The notes beneath the pieces were generated by a model. That model was not told the DNA's origin. It ran no database searches and saw nothing but the letters and a program-made list of their open reading frames with translations. Positions 42,149-53,329 of a stretch of 64,000 nucleotides of DNA are shown piece after piece. Positions within the stretch are counted from its first letter, which is position 1, and each line of letters starts with the position of its first letter. The translations under genes were made by a program, and so were the position numbers. This stretch comes from Strigamia acuminata (taxonomy: Eukaryota). The DNA lies in the NCBI GenBank assembly GCA_949358305.1, contig OX442314.1, positions 18,910,001-18,974,000 on the forward strand, in the 5' to 3' direction.

Positions 42149-42466
42149 TGTGAAATCTCGCAATTTAAAAGAAGCTATTTTTGCTAAAAAACTGATTGAA
42201 ATTCTAACTTAACTGGAATTTTTCTGAAGACAAAATAAAACCATGCTTTTAACATAAAGACAAGATTTATTGTAACAATATTTGGGGTTTACATTTGGAA
42301 AAACAGGAACAAAGGTCAAACATGATAATTTATGACGAATAACTGGACTTCCGTACGCGCGTCATACAATCTCGCACAAGAAAGCACCGCCTGGATGATG
42401 GCTTCACTGCACGACACCGAACATGAACGCGCGACCCCAAACATCTAAAACTCGTCAGTTTTCACA
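42149..42466 (-). repeat. 3' LTR (318 bp)
   Basis: Appears identical by eye to 47752-48069. Confidence 0.95.
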
Positions 42467-45400
42467 CTGGGGCCGGAGTGAGTTCTTCACTCGCTTCAAT
42501 TCCGTCCTGAGCCTCCAAGATGCACAATCGTTGTACCGGTCTTCTCAGGACTTTATTAAAGGGAAGCTGTATCTCACACGCTCGTACTCGCCCATCTCTT
42601 CCTATGAAAACTTCTCTAATCCTACCAATTTTCCACGTCATGCGCGGCTGATTTAACTCTTCAATCACAACAATGTCCCCTTTCTGAACTTCACGAGACG
42701 CCTTCGTTTTGTTGTATTCTCTCAACTCGGTGAGATATTCATGATTCCACCGTGACCACAAATGACTTATTTTTTGCTGTCGCTGTTTCCATCGTTTCAA
42801 CAATGTCACTGTGCTTGATGAAAGTTTCTCGTCCAACTTCTGGTTAGGATCCGGTAAATTGCAGCTTCTTCCTCCGGTTAAGAAGTGAGATGGACTCAGC
42901 GGTTGTTCATCTTCGTTTTCTGTGTAGACATATGTAATAGGACGGGAATTAATACAGGATTCAACTTCTGAGAGGATGGTGGTTAGCTCTTCGAAGTCCA
43001 ATGTAGTTTGACCGAGAACTTTCTTTAAACTCATCTTCGTCGACTTCACCATACGCTCCCAGAACCCACCCCACCACGGAGCTCGTTCCACGATGAAACT
43101 CCACTCGATTTTTCTATCTGTTAAGAAGCCCTGAAACTGCTCTTTTCTAATGGAACTTAACAAGGCGCAAAGTTCCTTTTCGGTTCTCTTGAACGTTAGC
43201 GCATTATCCGAATAAATTTTCGTTGGTATGCCCCTTCGTGCAAAAAATCGCTTTAGGGCCAGAATAAAACGTTCAGTATTCATGCTGGTGACTAGTTCGA
43301 GATGTACGGCCCTAATTACTGCGCATGTTATCACTACAATGTAACACTTTTCACCGCTTTGCTGGTACAGAGGTCCGGCAAAATCAATACCGACGACTTG
43401 GAACGGTGCAGCCTGCGTAATTCGATCTGGTGGCAACGCAGCTTCCACTTGTTGTACTAACCGCCCTTGCACTCGCTTGCAGACGAAACATCTATTCAAC
43501 TCGCTTTTGACTGTTTTTCGGAGTTTTGGTGTCCAAAAACATTGTCTCAACTCTGCTAACGTCTCGCCAAGTCCGCCGTGAAATACTCGCTGGTGAGCTG
43601 CCAGAATAATAAGTTTTGTTAGTGGGTGATTTGGATGTAAAACGATTGGGTTTTTCAAGTTCTTTTTTGTCCCCGCCCACTGGATTCGCGTGTTTAATCG
43701 CATGGTTTGTTCGCTGTCCATGAAACACGTCACATTTCGTAATATCGAATCTCGTTCGAAACTCTGTTGATTTTTAATTGCTAAAAGTTCCTTTGAATAA
43801 CTCTGTTGTTGCATTGTTTGCAACCAGTATCTTTCGGAATTGTTAATTTCGTCTGTCGTCAATGGTGAACCGTCTCGCACTGCACTTTTACAATTGTTAA
43901 GAAAACGATTCACCCAGCTGGTTACACGCAACAATCTTCTCCAACTGCCGTATCGAGTGGGCACATCTATCAACCAAGTTTGGGGAACGATGACTGTTGC
44001 TGCTAGAGTTTCTTCCAACTCCATCTCAAAATCGTCCGCCTGAGTCGTCGGAACACTTGGCCATTCGTGTTCATCCATCGTGAGCCACTCGGGGCCGTTC
44101 CACCATGTCTTGGACTCCAATAACGATTTTGCATCTATCCCACGTGTGAGTAGGTCGGCAGGATTCTGGACGCCAGGGCAATGACGCCAATTTGCAAACG
44201 GCACGTGCTGTTTTATCTCCTCGACTCGGCGTGCGACGAACGGAATCGCCTTTTTTCGCTCTCCTAGCCAACACAAAACGATAGTGGAGTCGGTCCAGGC
44301 TGTGACCTTCGCAGTCGTGAACTGCTTCATTCGACCTGCGACTCGTGCCAAAAGTAACGCGCCCATCAACTCGAGTCGTGGCAGCGTCAACGTTTTTATC
44401 GGAGCTATTCTGCATTTAGAGAGAACGAAAAAAGTATTGATTAGTGAATTACATTGACGCACTCTTGTGTACGCCACGATGCCATATGCTAACGGACTGG
44501 CGTCGCAAAACAAATGAAGTTCAATTTCTGATGCATTTGGATCGATTCCATAATGTCTGGGCACTCGAACTCGCTCTAACTCTGGCAATTGACTCTTCCA
44601 GTTTTCCCACTGTGGTATCAGTTCTTTCGGAAGTCGATCATCCCATTCCATTTTATGTTTCCACAATTGTTGGAAAAACATCTTTCCTGTCACCGTAAAT
44701 GGCGATGCAAAACCCAACGGATCAAAAACTTGGGCCACTAATTGGATCACTCGTCGTTTGGTGATTAATTCACGTTCGAGAGTCGTTTTCACTTCCTCGA
44801 GATCGAGTGCCAATTCATCCAATTCACAGTTCCATTTCAGCCCTAACACTTTAACTTCAGTCTCGAGCTCTGTCTCCGGGTGATCGATTTTAAACTGTTC
44901 ACGTAAAAGTTTCGAATTACTGTTCCATTTAACCAAATCCATACTTGCTTCACACATTATTTCGGACACTTTCTTGTACGTTTCGATCGCCTCTTGGTCG
45001 GTGCTGACACTGTCTAAATAGTCGTCCACGTAGAATCGTTTCAACAGTCGCGCGATCAATTCTGCATACTTTGTTGCGTACTTCTCCAAGTGATGTTGGA
45101 TGGTCCCGTTCAGCAAATATGGGCTTGGAGACGCCCCAAACAGAACTCGAGTCTGTCGGAGAATCTCCACCTTAATCGGGCTCACTAAATCCCAGTCAGC
45201 GGCAATCCACAAGAATCGCACTGCATCTCTGTCGTCCAGATGGAGCAAAATCTGGTGGAACGCTTGTTTGATGTCGCTTATCAACGCCACTATTAACTGT
45301 CTAAAAATTAACAATGCATTGATTAGTTCTGGTAACAAGTTTGGCCCAGTAAAGAGGCAATCATTCAACGAGCGGCTTTTTTGCGCGTGCGACGAGGCAT

Positions 45401-47654
45401 CGTACACGATACGCAATTTAGTTGTACTACGACGCTCTCGTATGACGGGACTGTGCGGCAAATAGTAACAACCGCTCTGATCTGACACTTCTGGGGCCGT
45501 CTCAATGATTCCTTCCGCCATCTGGTCATCCAAAACTTTCTTATAGCGATAATAAAGTTCGGGATCTTTTCTAAATTTTCGGACTAAATTCCACAATCTT
45601 TTTAAAGCGATTTGATAGTTACTGTCTAGTTCACTTTTCGGCATTAGCCACGGCAACCGCACTTCATATCTGTCACCAGTCCATTTAATCGACTTCTTGA
45701 ACGCTGTCACTGCTTGATCGTCCTCGTCTTGATGGTCAGTAAGAGTCTCGTGTGGAATACCCAAGTCTTCCAACTCCCAAAAACGTTTCAGCATGTTGTC
45801 CAGTCGATCCTCGTAACGCGCAAGATGCACCTGAATGGTCGGCTGTTTGGTTATCGTTTCCTCACTTCGAATCGCTCCGTGCATCGTCCACCCAAGTCCT
45901 GTATGCAAACACATCAGATTTTCGTCTAATCGTCTTGTCTCGCCGGTAACAATGCGCCAAAAGTTGTCAGCACCGATCAAAATTGACACTTCGTTCGGTT
46001 GAATTGAAAGCTGATCAATATTCAAAACAATGTTATTTTGCTTCAACTTCTCACGCACGTGAACTCCCGACTGTTTTGCTAAGGAATTGCTGATCCACGG
46101 CACTTCTATGAGTTCTAAATCGAAAGAATTGTCATTAATTTGGGTGTTTCGTAATGTAATTTTAACTCTTCGACGACTCTCTGGCTTAGCTACTGTTTCA
46201 CCAAAACCAGTAATGCTGATAAGTTGTTCTCCCACAACTTGAGCTCCAATTTCTTTAACCAACTTCGAACTGATGAACGACCGGTGACTGCCTCCGTCGA
46301 AGAAACAGTGCACCGTTTTCGTCTTGTGGTTGGACTCCACGTTGGCCATTAGGACTTGCAAGAAAATGTCAGTGTTAGCTGTAGTTACTGTTGACGCCAA
46401 AACGTTCTCTGCTTTTTCTGTCGGCCCTTCGCACAACAATATGTGGTGAAATCGTTCGCACTGTACGCATTTTTCCTTCTGTGGGCAGTTTCGGGCCATG
46501 TGTTTGTTCGCCAAACACTTGAAGCAACGTCGAGCTTGCTGGCAACGCTTCAATCGATCTGCAATTGATAAGGGACAGTCTTCCTTCTTGTGGCTGGTTT
46601 CGCTGCAGAAAATACAAGTAGAATCGGAAGTGTTGGTCATCAACGCGCTCGAAGAAGCTGGTTTCTCGAAACGTGTTGTCTTCTTGGTGTCTCCGTACGT
46701 CTTCGCGACGTTTTTCTCGACCTCTTTGGTTGCGAATCGTGCATTGTCGGCTGCGTTCTGTTCTCGAATTTCTAATTCTTCTCGCCAAAATTCTAAAAAT
46801 AGCTTAAGGTCATGGGTATTATTACTGTTTTTCCGCGAAAAGTCTAAAGCGATCACGTCTGGAATCGCTGCACGCAACAAGGGACACAACATAACGCCAA
46901 ACGTCGTGGTTTCTATTCCTTCATTTTCGAGGTTACGGACATGCATCTCGCACGTGTCGTACAATTTTCTAAGCTTGTCGAGGTCGTTGAGTCGCTTGAC
47001 TGGCTCAAGCTTCATCAACATCTGCAAATGGGCATTCACAATCACCTCCTTTCTTCCAAAACGATTTTGAAGAAGCGTGACTGCCGCTGCATAATTCTCA
47101 TCACTTATCTTTAGTCCTCGCACCACAGCCGCTGCTGTGCCTTCGAGAACCGAATTTAAGTACACAAACTTAGCTTTGGTAGTGATGGAAGTGTTCCCAT
47201 TTACACTCAACTCGAAATTCGACCAAAAATCGCTCCATTCGATTGGGTTTCCCGAAAATTTCTTCATTACGAGTTTCGGGAGTCTCACTGTCCAATCGTT
47301 CGTACTGCTGACCGATCCGTTGTTTGGAGCGCCTGGATTAATAACTACCGCTGGTGGAGCTAATACGTCTAATTTGATGTCGATATCTGTAAGCGCATCA
47401 ATAATTTTCTCTCGATACTCTTCATTGTCCTCCTCTTCCTTTTGTAAGTCTGCTCGCGTTACAATGAATGGTGACACTTTCTCATCGAGATCATTTAATT
47501 GTTCAGATTTAGCGTTTAATTGGTTTTTTAGCTTTCTTAAAACTATCGCATCTGATTGCGCTAATGCTAATTCGACGATAACTGTATTTACCAATCGATC
47601 CGCTCCCAATCTGGCTGTTTCTTGCTGTGCGCGCAAACGATCAAGGGCGTCCAT
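42462..47654 (-). CDS. BEL/Pao gag-pol polyprotein
   Basis: DUF1759-like gag (FSGNPIEWSDFW), three Cys/His knuckles, protease FDGGS, RT YVDD, Pao RNase H FCDAS, integrase GIDFAGP/SDNA/GGFWERMV. Confidence 0.97.
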   Translation of the reverse strand: MDALDRLRAQQETARLGADRLVNTVIVELALAQSDAIVLRKLKNQLNAKSEQLNDLDEKVSPFIVTRADLQKEEEDNEEYREKIIDALTDIDIKLDVLAPPAVVINPGAPNNGSVSSTNDWTVRLPKLVMKKFSGNPIEWSDFWSNFELSVNGNTSITTKAKFVYLNSVLEGTAAAVVRGLKISDENYAAAVTLLQNRFGRKEVIVNAHLQMLMKLEPVKRLNDLDKLRKLYDTCEMHVRNLENEGIETTTFGVMLCPLLRAAIPDVIALDFSRKNSNNTHDLKLFLEFWREELEIREQNAADNARFATKEVEKNVAKTYGDTKKTTRFEKPASSSALMTNTSDSTCIFCSETSHKKEDCPLSIADRLKRCQQARRCFKCLANKHMARNCPQKEKCVQCERFHHILLCEGPTEKAENVLASTVTTANTDIFLQVLMANVESNHKTKTVHCFFDGGSHRSFISSKLVKEIGAQVVGEQLISITGFGETVAKPESRRRVKITLRNTQINDNSFDLELIEVPWISNSLAKQSGVHVREKLKQNNIVLNIDQLSIQPNEVSILIGADNFWRIVTGETRRLDENLMCLHTGLGWTMHGAIRSEETITKQPTIQVHLARYEDRLDNMLKRFWELEDLGIPHETLTDHQDEDDQAVTAFKKSIKWTGDRYEVRLPWLMPKSELDSNYQIALKRLWNLVRKFRKDPELYYRYKKVLDDQMAEGIIETAPEVSDQSGCYYLPHSPVIRERRSTTKLRIVYDASSHAQKSRSLNDCLFTGPNLLPELINALLIFRQLIVALISDIKQAFHQILLHLDDRDAVRFLWIAADWDLVSPIKVEILRQTRVLFGASPSPYLLNGTIQHHLEKYATKYAELIARLLKRFYVDDYLDSVSTDQEAIETYKKVSEIMCEASMDLVKWNSNSKLLREQFKIDHPETELETEVKVLGLKWNCELDELALDLEEVKTTLERELITKRRVIQLVAQVFDPLGFASPFTVTGKMFFQQLWKHKMEWDDRLPKELIPQWENWKSQLPELERVRVPRHYGIDPNASEIELHLFCDASPLAYGIVAYTRVRQCNSLINTFFVLSKCRIAPIKTLTLPRLELMGALLLARVAGRMKQFTTAKVTAWTDSTIVLCWLGERKKAIPFVARRVEEIKQHVPFANWRHCPGVQNPADLLTRGIDAKSLLESKTWWNGPEWLTMDEHEWPSVPTTQADDFEMELEETLAATVIVPQTWLIDVPTRYGSWRRLLRVTSWVNRFLNNCKSAVRDGSPLTTDEINNSERYWLQTMQQQSYSKELLAIKNQQSFERDSILRNVTCFMDSEQTMRLNTRIQWAGTKKNLKNPIVLHPNHPLTKLIILAAHQRVFHGGLGETLAELRQCFWTPKLRKTVKSELNRCFVCKRVQGRLVQQVEAALPPDRITQAAPFQVVGIDFAGPLYQQSGEKCYIVVITCAVIRAVHLELVTSMNTERFILALKRFFARRGIPTKIYSDNALTFKRTEKELCALLSSIRKEQFQGFLTDRKIEWSFIVERAPWWGGFWERMVKSTKMSLKKVLGQTTLDFEELTTILSEVESCINSRPITYVYTENEDEQPLSPSHFLTGGRSCNLPDPNQKLDEKLSSSTVTLLKRWKQRQQKISHLWSRWNHEYLTELREYNKTKASREVQKGDIVVIEELNQPRMTWKIGRIREVFIGRDGRVRACEIQLPFNKVLRRPVQRLCILEAQDGIEASEELTPAPV

Positions 47655-47733
47655 CTTGTCCTTGTCTGGTCTTGGTGCTTTTCTTTGAAATTACGAGTTC
47701 TTTCGAGCTGTTCTGTCCGGATTCACTGTTACT

Positions 47734-47751
47734 TCCCGGGTTTCGGCACCA
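47734..47751 (-). other. Primer-binding site complementary to the tRNA-Phe 3' end
   Basis: Minus strand reads TGGTGCCGAAACCCGGGA directly after the 5' LTR. Confidence 0.85.
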
Positions 47752-48069
47752 TGTGAAATCTCGCAATTTAAAAGAAGCTATTTTTGCTAAAAAACTGATT
47801 GAAATTCTAACTTAACTGGAATTTTTCTGAAGACAAAATAAAACCATGCTTTTAACATAAAGACAAGATTTATTGTAACAATATTTGGGGTTTACATTTG
47901 GAAAAACAGGAACAAAGGTCAAACATGATAATTTATGACGAATAACTGGACTTCCGTACGCGCGTCATACAATCTCGCACAAGAAAGCACCGCCTGGATG
48001 ATGGCTTCACTGCACGACACCGAACATGAACGCGCGACCCCAAACATCTAAAACTCGTCAGTTTTCACA
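47752..48069 (-). repeat. 5' LTR (318 bp)
   Basis: Appears identical by eye to 42149-42466. Confidence 0.95.
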
Positions 48070-49817
48070 ATATATGTATTCAGATGCAGTTATGCAATTA
48101 GGTGCTTTTATGTGAAGTTAACGACTACTTTACAATTTAAACCTGAGTAATGCGTGTGGGTATGTGTATATTTTGTAAGAAATTGCAAAATATACAATTT
48201 TATTTCAATGTAGAATTTTTTTTACCTTTAGTAAATTCATTTTCTTTATTTACAACCACAGTTAAAGGTGAAGCAATTTCACAATTTCCGTGTGCAAAAA
48301 ATGAGTTTTAAATGGGAGATTTTCATATCAATTTTGGTTACATAAGAACTTGTATTATGACGAGGGAGCCATATCCCATATGGCACAATTTATCAGTAAG
48401 CACTTCTCACTCGAGTCACGCATATCTGTTTATGAGTTAAGCTAAGACAAGTGGCAGTCAGTTTGGCACGGTGAACTAATAACCCTTTTATTATATTGGT
48501 TTATCAATAAAATGCTGACAGCAACAAGAACCAGTCAATCAAAAATAACAGCAATAATTCGAAAAAAGTTTTTTAAAAAAAATTTATTAAATGAATATTT
48601 TAACACTTTCTTTGCTAACCCCGTTTCGTCGTTCTCTTTAAAGATTTATTATTTTTCGTCTAGGAAAATAAAAACTAACACTAAATCAATTTTATGTTAC
48701 CTAAATACGTCAAATACTTTTAAATTCGTGCACGTGTCACACGAATGACACGATGCCTTTCATTTATGGATTAGCACGTCTAGAGATTAAGGTGAGCATT
48801 AAAACGTGGCATTAAGTCTGCGCAAAATTAGTGTTAATATATGCAGATTTTCAATTTGGCAAGACGTCGCCAGCTAAAGTTTAGCGGCTAATGGTAAAAG
48901 GAGTCCAGGGGCGAGCAGAATATCAAATTTTTACTGATAAACTTATCAAATGTCGCATTTTAAATGTGTTAGTGTAGAAAATTGCGTTGTGTAACTTGTT
49001 CGGTTGTGATGGATCTGCTCGAGTATTTACTTCTGCCGTTGTTATAATTACTTTTTAACAATTTTTCTGAGAATGTTTATGAGAGTATATTAAAGCTGGT
49101 TGTATGGATAACATTGAATCAATTAGAATCGTTGCTTGGGTACTGGTAATTGCTTAGAACCGTGTAATTAAATGACTCACGTGTAGGTTTTATGACGCTG
49201 CACGAATAATAATAATATCAGGTTATTGGGTGAACAATTGATATATTGTACGCATGAAGTAAAGACCCACATCTTTATCAACCGCATTAGGTTTATTTAT
49301 AGCGTGTCATGTGCGTTGGATTTCAGTTAAATATCCATTATGAATAACTAGTTAAATATAGAATTACATTGAAATCGAATTTAAAATACAATTAAGGTAC
49401 AAATTTAGCAGAAACTTGTAAAAAGTTTGCAACTTCGTCGCATCTGTGGGTTCTCGTAGTTCAAACTTAAATCTTCAATAGGATTTCTTCCTGATCCTAT
49501 TTTTAATGGAAATGGGTCCAGTTTTAAAGACAAAGCATACATATTCTTTGTTTTTGTTGGAGAAGACTTTATACCCGCAATTAAAATTTGTTTACGTTTA
49601 TTGAATTTCAGTGACGAGTAATTAAAAATTGCTATTTTCTTAACGAGGTTTAATTGAAAATATGTTAGGTGACTTCTTTTATTAGTTTAATTTAAATGCC
49701 ACTTATCTCCAATCTATAGTTTAGTGATATGCCTCAAAGTAATAAACCTTGACAAGTTCTTCATCGTGTTGAACAAATTATGTTTATATCTCGAATCGCT
49801 TAATTAATCCACACTTG

Positions 49818-49902
49818 TGACGTCATTATTGGCCAACGCCGGCTAACAAGGTGGAAGAGAACACGTGACAAGGCAATAAACACAGGTCCGAGAGTATAAA
49901 AA
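49818..49902 (+). promoter_or_regulatory. Orcokinin proximal promoter: CRE, E-box, TATA
   Basis: TGACGTCA at 49818-49825, CACGTG at 49862-49867, TATAAAAA at 49895-49902, ATG at 49974. Confidence 0.65.
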
Positions 49903-49973
49903 GGCACCTGCAAATTTCTTGATGAGAGCCACTAGCTGCTACTATATTCATAGTGTGAACATCTTAACGGATC

Positions 49974-52888
49974 ATGTCAACTTTGAATCTATTTATTGCT
50001 GTTTGTGTCTTGTGTTGTTTTTCATCAATTTGGGGCAATTCAGAAGCACAGGTTAGTATTTAATATTTGTTTGCTTATTATTCTGTTTTGGAAAAAAAAA
50101 ATATTACGCAAAGTTTTGCAAACATCCATTTATAATATATCGTTTGTAAACGAATAATCAAAAGTTAAATACTTTTTCTGTAATAATTGTTTGCGTAAGT
50201 TTTTAATAACAAAAAAAGAAAATTAAAATGTTAGTTTAATTGAGAACTTTATCTGAAGATGTCTAAATAACTACTGGTATCTATTAATTATTAAGATACA
50301 GATAAAATAAATTAAACGTACCGGTAATGCTGATTGAAAAATAAAAAATTTACGATGATATATATTAAAGGTGGGTTGCATGGCATTATTGAAAGTAATA
50401 TATGTTTTAGAAAAATTGTTGATATAAATTATTTTCAATGCATGAACTTAATGTTAGCAGAGAATTTAATGGTCTATATTTCCACCATTTCGTTTTTCAA
50501 CCAGAAATTTGGAAGTCAAGAGTATAGACCATTAAATTCTTTTCTAAAAATTCTTGATAGATTCGAAACTCTAGCCGCATATTGTTTATATTTTTTAAAT
50601 AAAATTGTACATGTTAAATTTAATTCTTTTTAAATGATCACGTGTAATTTCTATCTACAATTCTCGGTGGTAAAGAATAGGAAATTTATATGCGTAAAGT
50701 CACTCATTAGTATATGTTAAAATTGAATTTTGTAAAGTCTTTATTTTTATATTTACTTGTACTGTATTATTCTTTATAAAATCACAGTTACTATAACGAT
50801 GAGACATATGGAAAATACAGTGTGACGAAATTACAATTTGCTTAATGCTTAATTCGGTTTTATTAAACCATTTCTTTAATGCTGCCTTCATTATTAACAA
50901 GGTAAAGACAGGAAATGGAGCAATCTGCATGGGGGTTACATTAATTAGCTTTCACCACCATACAGGCCAGTTTATTGTCCTATAAACAGGCCTTGGTCAA
51001 CATCACAATAAGGCATTCGTTTATGAATCCAGTGTAATTATGAATACTCAGGAAATTGTGTGTACTTTGCCGTCGCGACTTTGTTTTACTTACAAACTCC
51101 TTCAAAAGGCTTCATTGCAACATGTTTTCCAATTTTTGTTTACTTGATTACAAATACAGGTAAATATCAAAATAAAAATAAGTTTCTAACTGTTCTCAGG
51201 AAACTTTTTTAAAACGTTTTTCTTGCTGTTTATGTCCGTTCTATTCTAGCATTTTTTTTTTTTCTTTTTTTTTTCGCTAAAAAAAGTCTGGTTTAATCCA
51301 TATTGAGTGAAATGTTTGAACATTATTTTTTTTTGTTGCATATCATTTACTTTTTTTTTAAATGTTTTAGGATGGAAATTATGAAAAATTAATTGAGAAT
51401 GGCAACTTACAAAGAATAGATCCTATGGCTGGAGTAACTCTTGGCGAAGCAAGCGAACGAAGTTTGTCCGATAACTATCTTCCATTAGGTAAGAAGTTTA
51501 GATTAATTCATTTTTATGAGAAACCTTTTTTTAGCTTTAATTGTTGTCGTTTTTATTTTTTACATTTTATTTTGTTTTACCTAATTTTTATATAGCTGAC
51601 ACATTTGACAGTTTTGACAAATTTCTTCGAAGTTTTGACAACATTGGTAAATAATACAATAATTTGATTCGATACAAAAGGGACATAAATACGTAGGTTT
51701 GCACAAATTAGAATAAAGTTTGATAGGAAGTCAAATATAAAGTTAAAATTTTGATAATTTAAAGGTCATAGGAAGAGAAATGAAAGATTTCTCTAATCTC
51801 TTTACGTGCTTGATTGTTGTCGATGACTATAAATAACCCCACCTAGTGACACTATTTATAAACTTTTGAAAATCGTAATGGCGGAACAATTACTGCTAGG
51901 TTTGAAGTTTTACAGTACTTTTAAACAATATCCCGTAAGTTAAACAGTTAAAAATGTTGCATTCCGGTAACATTTTTTAAGGTTATTTTAAAGAGTTCAG
52001 AGAAATTTTTTATTTCTCTTTCTATGACCTTTAAAACATTTACTCAAGATGGAATTCAATTATTAGTTTAAAATTCTTCATTAAGTTATGATTGCAGACG
52101 CATAACTTTAGTCTTTACTCTTTTCATCTTTCCTCTCCAGCGATGAAAAAATTCTAACGACCAGAAGGCTTTATGGCTTCTGTTCAAGTTAACAGTCAAC
52201 AAGTGGTTGTTCTTGTCCAGCTGATAAACTTAATATTTTTGTACAAAAAAAGTTCTGCACTTTTGCTAGTTATTCAATAATACTACCCTAAGAAAAAAAT
52301 GATACTATTATTTCTCAAAATGTTCGCTTTAGTAACATCTTTTATGTAAAATAGTTTTACCCCTTTGATGGAAAAGTAACTTTTTGTCACTTTATGCATT
52401 ACTGGGAAAGCGGGCAAGTTGCTCCTACGAGTAGATAGGAATTGTTTTATTTTAATGTTATATGTTTTACTCTATATGTTCTATTTTAATGTTATAAAAT
52501 ATCTAATTTAAACATTTGTGTAGGTGGAAGTGGGTTGATCAAAAAAAGTTTTGATAACATTGGCGGATCAGGATTAATCAAAAAAAGTTTTGATAACATT
52601 GGCGGATCAGGATTAATCAAAAAAAGTTTTGATAACATTGGCGGATCTGGATTGATTAAGAAAAGTTTTGATAATATCGGCGGATCTGGATTGATCAAAA
52701 AAAGTTTTGATAATATCGGCGGATCTGGATTGATTAAGAAAAGTTTTGATAACATCGGCGGATCAGGATTGATCAAAAAAAGTTTTGATAATATCGGCGG
52801 ATCAGGATTGATTAAGAAAAGTTTTGATAATATTGGTGGTTCAGGACTAATAAAGAAAAGTTATGAGACCATCGATCGGCAGGATTGA
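49974..52888 (+). CDS. Orcokinin: Orcokinin precursor, B-type isoform with nine SFDNIGGSGLI copies
   Basis: Exons 49974-50051 (MSTLNLFIAVCVLCCFSSIWG signal), 51371-51488, 51596-51646 and 52524-52888, phases 0,1,1. The first repeat spans intron 3; repeats are separated by KK. Confidence 0.88.
51763..52030. mobile_element. MITE with TTAA duplication and AG termini (Kolobok-like) in orcokinin intron 3
   Basis: TTAA-aggtcataggaagagaaatgaaagatttctct...agagaaattttttatttctctttctatgacct-TTAA. Confidence 0.65.
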
Positions 52889-53093
52889 GTAAAGCGAGGT
52901 AGCATTATACACACACATAAACGGTAATTATACATAATACATTTTTTTTTTAATAATGTATATTAAATTTGTTTTTCATATTAGATGCTAAAACGAAGTG
53001 ATCCAATTTTGACATACAAAATTACAACATTAAATATATTGCAGTTTCACAACCACTCTCCAAAATTATTGAGCGAGACAATAATCACATAGT

Positions 53094-53132
<39 letters not shown>

Positions 53133-53329
53133 TTGTTTCTGAATCGTTTTTAATTTGATTTATTTATAATTTGCAATTTATTCTAATAAAACATTTGCTT
53201 TTATTTGTTTACCGTATTTATTTCATAATTGTTTTATTTCTAAGAGGGATAATTTTATAATTTTAATATTTAGTTGCATTTTAGCTTTTTTTATTTCGCA
53301 GAATAATATTAAAACTTTTCATCTTGCAG

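Larger units (their letters stand above)
42149..48069 (-). mobile_element. Intact BEL/Pao LTR retrotransposon
   Basis: Two 318-bp TG...CA LTRs, 5-bp TSD ATATA (42144-42148 and 48070-48074), PBS, and one uninterrupted 1730-aa ORF. Confidence 0.97.

Noticed and set aside
43492..47815. Small ORFs overlapping the Pao polyprotein
   Set aside because: Antisense or alternative-frame shadows. No separate env-like ORF exists between pol and the 3' LTR.
52524..52860. Regular 39-bp repeats, and the 32-34-bp arrays at 21139 and 38684, as a possible CRISPR array
   Set aside because: Head-to-tail repeats without unique spacers in eukaryotic DNA; the 39-bp array is peptide-coding.
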